Shown here: positions 58,682 through 64,000 of the stretch, in pieces
How positions within the stretch are numbered: position 1 is the first letter of the stretch
How the letters are laid out: each line of letters starts with the position of its first letter
Assembly: GCA_965267575.1 (NCBI GenBank)
Contig: OZ254086.1
Span: 3,776,001 to 3,840,000, forward strand
Origin: Calditrichales bacterium
GTDB taxonomy: Bacteria; Calditrichota; Calditrichia; Calditrichales; J004
Length of the DNA: 64,000 nucleotides
Direction: 5' to 3'
Position numbers and translations under genes: made by a program
The notes under the pieces: model-generated
The model's input: only the letters and a program-made list of their open reading frames with translations
The model's database searches: none
Told to the model about the DNA's origin: nothing

Positions 58682-60252
58682 GCGAAATACTGCGCAACTG
58701 GTCCAAATACAAAACCGGCTACCAGTGGAAAGGCACCATCGACGTAAACGCCAAACGCAACATGGACGTCTACTCGGCATCCTTTTTGGATAGCGACCAG
58801 CTGCTGGAAACCTACCTTCCGCAATTCAGCGCGCGCGAACCCAGCCAGGACTATAAAGACCGCAAAACATCGGCCAAAACCGCCTTTATGAACTTCCCCT
58901 CCAAGATCGTCGATGTTTACAAAAACAGCGTATTCCGCAGCGGTGAACCCAACCGCGAAGGCGACAGCGAAGCCGCAAAACGCTTTGTGGAAAACGTCGA
59001 TGGCGCCAATACGCACATCAGCCGCTTTGTGCGCGATGAAATCTTTTTGCTGGAACACATCCACGGCGGCGTTTTTGTCGTGGTCGATAAGCCGCAAAAT
59101 CTGGAAACCGGCAGCACGCTCAGCCGGGCCCAGCAGGACGAAATGAATTTTTATCCCTATGCCTACCTCTACTACTGGACAGATGTTGTCAATTTCCGCG
59201 TGGATCGCCACCGCGCCCTGGAATGGATCATCTTTTCCGAAAGCGTAACCGACAAGGAAGGCAACAAGCAAGAGCAATACCGCTATTTTGACAAAAACGA
59301 ATGGGCCGTGATCGACCGTGAAGGCAAAGCAATGTCGCAAGGCAGCCACAACCTCGGCGTGGTCCCGGTCTACATGCACTTTCAGCGCCGCAACCCCTCG
59401 CACAAATTTCTCACCCCCGTGGCCGTGCTGGATGATGTATTTCGCCTCACCATCAAACTGTTCCAGTACATGAGCCAGCTGGAGCAGATGATCGTGCGCC
59501 ACATCTTCCTAAAGCTGGCCATGCCCGAAGGCATGTGGAAAAAGCTGCAAAACGAAGGCATGGGCAACATGAACGTTTTCGTCTTTGAAGAAGGCAGCCA
59601 GGACAAAGCCTACTACATCCAAAGCCAGTATGCCGAGATTGATAAAATGATCGATTTGGTGTTTAACCAGATCCCCGATAAAATCCTTTACTTTGCAACC
59701 CTGCGCGAAAAAGTATCCATGCCGCGGGAAGAATCGGGCGTGGCCAAGTTTGTGGATAGCAGCGACGAAATTTCCAACCTGTTGGAAAAGGCCAATAGCA
59801 TGGAGCGCGCCGAAAACAACATCATTAAGCTGGCCCAGCTTTGGGAAAATGACAACAGCGAATTCCGCGTCAGCTACAACAAAGTGTTCGACATCAAAAG
59901 CACCAACGAGCAGATTGAAGAAATCGTAAAAATCTTCAAGCAGGATATGGGCTCACCGGCCTTTAACCGCCAGTTGGTAAAGCGTTTAATGCGCAACCTG
60001 CTCGGCGAAGTGCCCGAAACCGTCATGCAGGATATCGAAAAGGATCTGGAATACGTCATCGATCCGTCGCTCAGCATTGAAGATATCGACATCCTGGCCG
60101 CTAAAGGTTATCTGGATGCCATGAAGCTGGCCAGAAAATACAACCCCGAGCTGCGCAATAAAAAAGATGATGAAGTGCGCGAATTTATCCAAAATAACAT
60201 TCAACAGATTATGGGAAGCACGCAACCGGTAGGTGAAAATGAATTTGAGTAG
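58675..60252 (+). CDS. Phage portal protein
   Basis: 525 aa after terL; YL......E....Y..R...A...NF...IV, NVDG, HNLGVVPV, ESGVAK portal-type motifs. Confidence 0.85.
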   Translation: MLSEILRNWSKYKTGYQWKGTIDVNAKRNMDVYSASFLDSDQLLETYLPQFSAREPSQDYKDRKTSAKTAFMNFPSKIVDVYKNSVFRSGEPNREGDSEAAKRFVENVDGANTHISRFVRDEIFLLEHIHGGVFVVVDKPQNLETGSTLSRAQQDEMNFYPYAYLYYWTDVVNFRVDRHRALEWIIFSESVTDKEGNKQEQYRYFDKNEWAVIDREGKAMSQGSHNLGVVPVYMHFQRRNPSHKFLTPVAVLDDVFRLTIKLFQYMSQLEQMIVRHIFLKLAMPEGMWKKLQNEGMGNMNVFVFEEGSQDKAYYIQSQYAEIDKMIDLVFNQIPDKILYFATLREKVSMPREESGVAKFVDSSDEISNLLEKANSMERAENNIIKLAQLWENDNSEFRVSYNKVFDIKSTNEQIEEIVKIFKQDMGSPAFNRQLVKRLMRNLLGEVPETVMQDIEKDLEYVIDPSLSIEDIDILAAKGYLDAMKLARKYNPELRNKKDDEVREFIQNNIQQIMGSTQPVGENEFE

Positions 60253-60478
60253 TCAGCCAACATACATTTGCCACGATTGCGGGCGCAACTATCTCAACAA
60301 AAACGACTTTGTATGTACCTATCATGTGGGTACGTGTGATGTGTGCGGTAAAGACACAAGCATTACGCACGTGAGAAATTATAACTGGCTAAAACGGGAG
60401 CGTAAGGTTTCGACGCACAGCGCGGACGGCGGTTCGACTCCGCCCGCTTCCACCATAGGAAAAAGACATGCCCGATAA
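60233..60478 (+). CDS. Small zinc-finger protein (two CxxC), 3' end overlapping the mini-tmRNA
   Basis: CHDC...CDVC; start uncertain (60233/60239/60245). Confidence 0.55.
   Translation: MKMNLSSQPTYICHDCGRNYLNKNDFVCTYHVGTCDVCGKDTSITHVRNYNWLKRERKVSTHSADGGSTPPASTIGKRHAR
60396..60455 (+). ncRNA. tmRNA tRNA-like domain only ('mini-tmRNA', 60 nt)
   Basis: GGGAGCG/CGCTTCC acceptor with G3.U70, A73 and CCA; stemless D-loop AAGGTTTCGA; 3-bp helix CGC/GCG; GAC connector; T-arm GGCGG-TTCGACT-CCGCC. Confidence 0.8.
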
Positions 60479-61310
60479 AGAAAAACTCCTGCGCATCATA
60501 AAGCAGCGCGAAAAAAACATCACCGAAATCCCGCGCCAATTCATCGATGGCATGGAAAGCACCCAATCCGAGCTATACCGCGAGCTGCAAACGCTGGTTA
60601 AAGAGATGGACACCAAGGGCAACCGCCTGCAAAACAACCGCTTTAACATCTCCATGCTTAACCGCATGCGCGATAAATTCCGCGAATGGCTGCGCGACGC
60701 CGGCTATTACGAACAGATCACCGAATTCGGCAAAAGCTACAAAACCATTCTGGACCAGGCCGACAGCTACTTTATGGAACTGGGCTTTGAAGGCACCCTG
60801 ACCGACCGCGACCTGAACACCCTGCGCCAGATCACCCGCGATGATCTCAGTTTTATGCGCAGCCGCGATAAAGACGTGCTTAACACCACCTATGAAACCA
60901 TCGTCAACGGGATACACTCCCGCCGCGACTGGCGCGATCTGGACAAAGCTTTGCGCGATCTGCATACAGACACCAAAGAAGCGCGCGGGCTGCTTAAACG
61001 CTACATCGGCACCTACAGCAACACCGCCTTTGCCGCCTTCGATCGCCGCGTCATGCAGATCAAGGCCAACCAGTTCAACATAGATCTGTTCCTGTTTGCC
61101 GGCAGCTCGCTAAAAGACAGCCGTGAATTCTGCATGCAGCGCGTAGACAAAGTATTCACCCGCGACGAGATCAACGCCTGGCAGGAACAGCAATGGCAGG
61201 GCAAAAAACGCGGCGGCAACGTCTGGATATACCTGGGCGGCTACAACTGCACCCACAGCCTAAACCCCATCAGCGAAGAAATGGCAAAGGAGTTTGGTTA
61301 TGCTGCTTAA
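60468..61310 (+). CDS. Phage minor capsid / head morphogenesis protein
   Basis: Follows portal; DSREFC...GGYNCTHSL C-terminal motif. Confidence 0.75.
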   Translation: MPDKEKLLRIIKQREKNITEIPRQFIDGMESTQSELYRELQTLVKEMDTKGNRLQNNRFNISMLNRMRDKFREWLRDAGYYEQITEFGKSYKTILDQADSYFMELGFEGTLTDRDLNTLRQITRDDLSFMRSRDKDVLNTTYETIVNGIHSRRDWRDLDKALRDLHTDTKEARGLLKRYIGTYSNTAFAAFDRRVMQIKANQFNIDLFLFAGSSLKDSREFCMQRVDKVFTRDEINAWQEQQWQGKKRGGNVWIYLGGYNCTHSLNPISEEMAKEFGYAA

Positions 61311-61428
61311 TATTTTGCAATGGTTTAAGGGATTGTTTTCGCTGCACAGTCTATACATCGGCGCGCTCGTCGCGCTGGTTATCTTATGGCTTATCGTCTA
61401 TTGGCACAAAATGGAAGAGAAACCTTGA
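61300..61428 (+). CDS. Small single-TM protein (42 aa, below ORF-track cutoff)
   Basis: AAGGAG SD; MLLNILQWFKGLFSLHSLYIGALVALVILWLIVYWHKMEEKP. Confidence 0.5.
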   Translation: MLLNILQWFKGLFSLHSLYIGALVALVILWLIVYWHKMEEKP

Positions 61429-61530
61429 CATAAGACAAAAAATAGGCCATATTTCAAACACATAGTAATCGACCGTTTTTAAAAAGCGGAGATGTTACGG
61501 CTTCATGCCGGCGCATCTCCGTTTTTTTTT
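61425..61530 (+). promoter_or_regulatory. Late promoter with leader and intrinsic terminator (copy 2)
   Basis: TTGACA-17-CATATT; AATCGACCG; hairpin GCGGAGATG...CATCTCCGT plus T-run; precedes the tRNA and scaffold gene. Confidence 0.7.
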
Positions 61531-61552
61531 GTCCAAAAATGAAAAATTTGAT

Positions 61553-61624
61553 CGCACCGTGGAGCAGAGGCAGCTCGTTGGGCCCATACCCCAAAGGTCG
61601 CGGGTTCGAATCCCGCCGGTGCTA
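61553..61624 (+). tRNA. Phage tRNA-fMet(CAT), initiator type
   Basis: C1xU72 mismatch, A11-U24, GGG/CCC anticodon stem, loop CC-CAT-AC, GCGGG-TTCGAAT-CCCGC. Confidence 0.88.
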
Positions 61625-61696
61625 CTAAATATCTCTGGTCGGCGGACTAAAACCGTAAACCGGGTTGGCAAACCTTAAACCATGTAGGAGCACACA

Positions 61697-62440
61697 ATGG
61701 CAATCAAGATTCTTAACGAATCCGAAGACGGCAAACAGGTAACCGTAGCCAAAGAAGAGCTGGAAAGCCTGGAAGAGGCAGCCACGCAAAACTTCAACAA
61801 AGGCTACAACAAAGCCAAGGATAAATTCCTTGACGAAGGCCGCAAACAGGTGCTGTCCAAACTGGATTTTCTCGATATAGACGCGGACGACTTTGACGGT
61901 TCTATCCAGAACGTCAAACAAACATTCGAATCGCTTAAAAAATCCAGCGGGAAAGGGTCCGAGCAGATTGCCGCGCTCCAGGAACAACTCAACAAAAAAA
62001 CGAATGCACTTGAGAAGGTAGAAGGCGAATTCAACGCCTTTAAAACAAACATGCTGATTGACAACAAGGTCAAGGATCTGGCCGCGCAGAATAAGGCGGT
62101 CAACCCGGCGCACGCCACGCTGCTGTTTAAAAACGAATTCCCCGTGGAAGTGGATGGCGACAATGTGCTGGTTAAAAATCCCCAAACCGGCAACCCCATG
62201 TTTGATGAAAAAGGCGATCCGGTCACGCTGGATAAAGTCTTTTCCGAAAAATTTGTCAAAAACAACCCGCACCTGTTTCAGGGCAGCGGGCAGGGCGGCA
62301 GCGGCGGCGGCGGCTCCGACTTCGGGCACGTCACCAAACTCTCCGACCTTAAATCGGATTCAGACAAATCCAAATTTATTCAGCAGCATGGCCTGGAAGC
62401 CTACCGCAACCTTATCGACGGTGCGCAAGATAAAGGATAA
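61697..62440 (+). CDS. Phage capsid scaffolding protein
   Basis: Coiled-coil, PHLF..SG.GGSGG tail, directly upstream of the capsid gene; AGGAG SD. Confidence 0.75.
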   Translation: MAIKILNESEDGKQVTVAKEELESLEEAATQNFNKGYNKAKDKFLDEGRKQVLSKLDFLDIDADDFDGSIQNVKQTFESLKKSSGKGSEQIAALQEQLNKKTNALEKVEGEFNAFKTNMLIDNKVKDLAAQNKAVNPAHATLLFKNEFPVEVDGDNVLVKNPQTGNPMFDEKGDPVTLDKVFSEKFVKNNPHLFQGSGQGGSGGGGSDFGHVTKLSDLKSDSDKSKFIQQHGLEAYRNLIDGAQDKG

Positions 62441-62445
62441 TTACA

Positions 62446-63438
62446 ATGGCTGATGCTATTACCATATCCTCGGATATGAAGATATACGAAGCGGAGTTTA
62501 ACGCGGGCGTATATGAAGCGCTGTATCAAAACAGTAACATCTTCAACGCCGCCACGAACAACGCCATCCGCATGTTCACTCAGGTACATCAGGGCAACTA
62601 CCTGAAAAATGCCTACTTCAAGCAGATTAGCAGCCTGGTAACACGCCAGGACATCACCAGCATCTCCGCCGTGGATTCCAAAAAGCTGGAACAGGCCGAA
62701 GAAGTTGGTGTAAAGCTGCATCGCAAAATCGGCCCTGTGCAGTATGCGCGTAAATCGTTTAAAATGGCCGGTTTGGAAACGCCGGAAGGCTCCATGGCTT
62801 TGGGACGCCTGGTAGGTGACGCTGTTCTGCAGCGCATGGCCAGCGATGCCATTATCGCCCTTAAAGGTGCCATCACCAGCGTTTCGGCTCTGCAAAACGA
62901 CATCACCGGCGAAGCCACGCCAACAGCCAACTTTAGCGCGCTAAACAATACGCGCCTCAAGTTTGGCGACCAGCTTGCACAGCTGCGCGCATGGCTCAGC
63001 CACAGCAAGCCTTTTGGCAATGTGGTTGGCGACGGTCTGTCCAACTATTCGTTTGATTCGGTTGCCGGCGCCCTGGTAGCCCGTGGCAATCTGCCCGGCT
63101 ATTTTAACGCACCGGTTATCGTCAGCGATAACAGCAACCTCAAAAACTCAACGCCAACCCCTGCGGAATATTACACCTTTGGCCTGAAAGAAATGGCCGT
63201 AACGGTGCTGCAGAGCGAACTGCAGGAAATTGTTATCCGCAACGTAACAGGCCTTGAGCAGCTTACGATTGAAATCCAGGGCGAATACGCCAATACCGTA
63301 CTGGTAGACGGCTTTGCCTGGAACACAAGCGCAGGCGGCTCCAACCCGTCCGACTCCACGCTTGCAACCACAACCAACTGGACGCAGGTGCGCACGGATA
63401 CCGTTGGCCTGGGTGGCGTCGTTATGGTGTCTCAATAA
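62446..63438 (+). CDS. Major capsid protein
   Basis: 330 aa after scaffold; SDMKIY...E...QN..IFNAA.N.AI, KFGD, GFAW....GG.NP....L.T..NW pattern. Confidence 0.85.
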   Translation: MADAITISSDMKIYEAEFNAGVYEALYQNSNIFNAATNNAIRMFTQVHQGNYLKNAYFKQISSLVTRQDITSISAVDSKKLEQAEEVGVKLHRKIGPVQYARKSFKMAGLETPEGSMALGRLVGDAVLQRMASDAIIALKGAITSVSALQNDITGEATPTANFSALNNTRLKFGDQLAQLRAWLSHSKPFGNVVGDGLSNYSFDSVAGALVARGNLPGYFNAPVIVSDNSNLKNSTPTPAEYYTFGLKEMAVTVLQSELQEIVIRNVTGLEQLTIEIQGEYANTVLVDGFAWNTSAGGSNPSDSTLATTTNWTQVRTDTVGLGGVVMVSQ

Positions 63439-63455
63439 CCCGTTAAGGTGTTACC

Positions 63456-63755
63456 ATGGCAGATAAAAGAAAAGTAGCCGTCGTCTTTCACCTGCATAAA
63501 CCGTACGACCTGGCCGCAAAAATCAACGCGGTTGGCGATGAACTGGAAGAGCAGGGCTACAGGGTAATCCACAAAACGCTGGAACTGTACGACACAAAGC
63601 ATGACGCCGTTGCCAATGCGCACACGGTAATCGTGCCGGATATTGCCGGACAGGAACAGGTTAAAAAGGATTTTGCCGGCGCCGATGTGCAGGTTATTTC
63701 CCTGCAGCAGAAAACGGCGGCTAAAACTAAAACCAAAACCAAAGCAGGTAAATAA
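63456..63755 (+). CDS. Phage hypothetical protein (post-capsid)
   Basis: AAGGTG SD, coupled to next gene; Lys/Thr-rich tail. Confidence 0.6.
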   Translation: MADKRKVAVVFHLHKPYDLAAKINAVGDELEEQGYRVIHKTLELYDTKHDAVANAHTVIVPDIAGQEQVKKDFAGADVQVISLQQKTAAKTKTKTKAGK

Positions 63756-64000
63756 TGGCTGTTGGCGATTGGAGTGCGGTCACTCTCTGCACCTATAGCG
63801 ACTTGCAGGATCATTACCCCGATGTGCTGGAACTCACCGGCGAATCCGGGGCCACTGCACAAAGCACCACCAACGACTGGTGCACGCGCGCGCAGGAAGA
63901 AATCGGCCTTCGTCTGGATGACGTTTTGCGCCAGAAATACGCCCAAAACGACTACACCACCAGCGAAGACCTGAAAGACCATATCTCCAATGCCACGGTT
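63755..64000 (+). CDS. Probable head-tail adaptor protein, 3'-truncated by window
   Basis: ATG 63755 opens a frame to the window end: MAVGDWSAVTLCTYSDLQDHYPDVLEL...; position fits head-completion genes. Confidence 0.5.
   Translation, partial: MAVGDWSAVTLCTYSDLQDHYPDVLELTGESGATAQSTTNDWCTRAQEEIGLRLDDVLRQKYAQNDYTTSEDLKDHISNATV

Larger units (their letters stand above)
46400..64000 (+). mobile_element. Prophage (tailed dsDNA phage): early/replication, recombinase, packaging and head modules; right part beyond window, left end approximate
   Basis: Abrupt change after the leuS terminator to short coupled ORFs, then DUF5131, O-like initiator, helicase, terminase, portal, capsid genes. Confidence 0.93.

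Noticed and set aside
60420..60455. tmRNA 3' end as a prophage att duplication
   Set aside because: The 5' acceptor strand and D-loop are also present and pair correctly, and it sits mid head operon with no adjacent integrase.
63762..63974. 70-aa ORF from the track
   Set aside because: Wrong frame; the coupled ATG at 63755 opens a more plausible frame that runs off the window.
46400..64000. Diversity-generating retroelement or retron in the prophage
   Set aside because: No reverse transcriptase motifs and no template/variable repeat pair in the visible part.

Overview
Bacterial chromosome segment with two clearly different parts. (1) 1-~46,340 is dense housekeeping DNA, probably from an FCB-type Gram-negative bacterium such as Calditrichota (inferred from a PorV-family gene and gene order). 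It carries a murF-like fragment, ompA-family, NtrC-family regulator, dnaE-dtd-PASTA-rpe, rqcH, yicC-gmk-coaB-udg-dnaB-rel-greA-pspC, aroA-aroE, tRNA-Tyr/Val, thrS-infC-rpmI-rplT-pheST-zapA-6S RNA-rny-ymdB-folD, two tRNA-Pro, pcm and leuS. Host oddities are an RNase Y whose HD metal ligands are substituted and a CoaBC whose CoaC half has lost its motifs. (2) ~46,400-64,000 is a tailed prophage, truncated by the window end: early genes, a lambda-O-like initiator with internal iterons, DnaB-like helicase, two tyrosine recombinases, terminase, portal, minor capsid, scaffold and major capsid. The most striking phage features are: (a) three miniature integron-like arrays holding five cassettes, each opened by a TAAC...GTTA site (four fold into attC-like hairpins, one is degenerate), with cassette ends that are inverted repeats of each other, and each array closed by a conserved dif/attI-like site (TAA-CAWGTA-TTAGGTGGAAA), with no canonical IntI in the window; (b) a 60-nt 'mini-tmRNA' made only of the tRNA-like domain (G3.U70, CCA end, no mRNA domain) in the head-gene operon; (c) an initiator tRNA with an altered anticodon loop; (d) two copies of a promoter-leader-terminator motif ahead of late genes; (e) a G-to-C strand-skew switch near 55 kb. 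All product names come from motif recognition by eye; no database searches were run.
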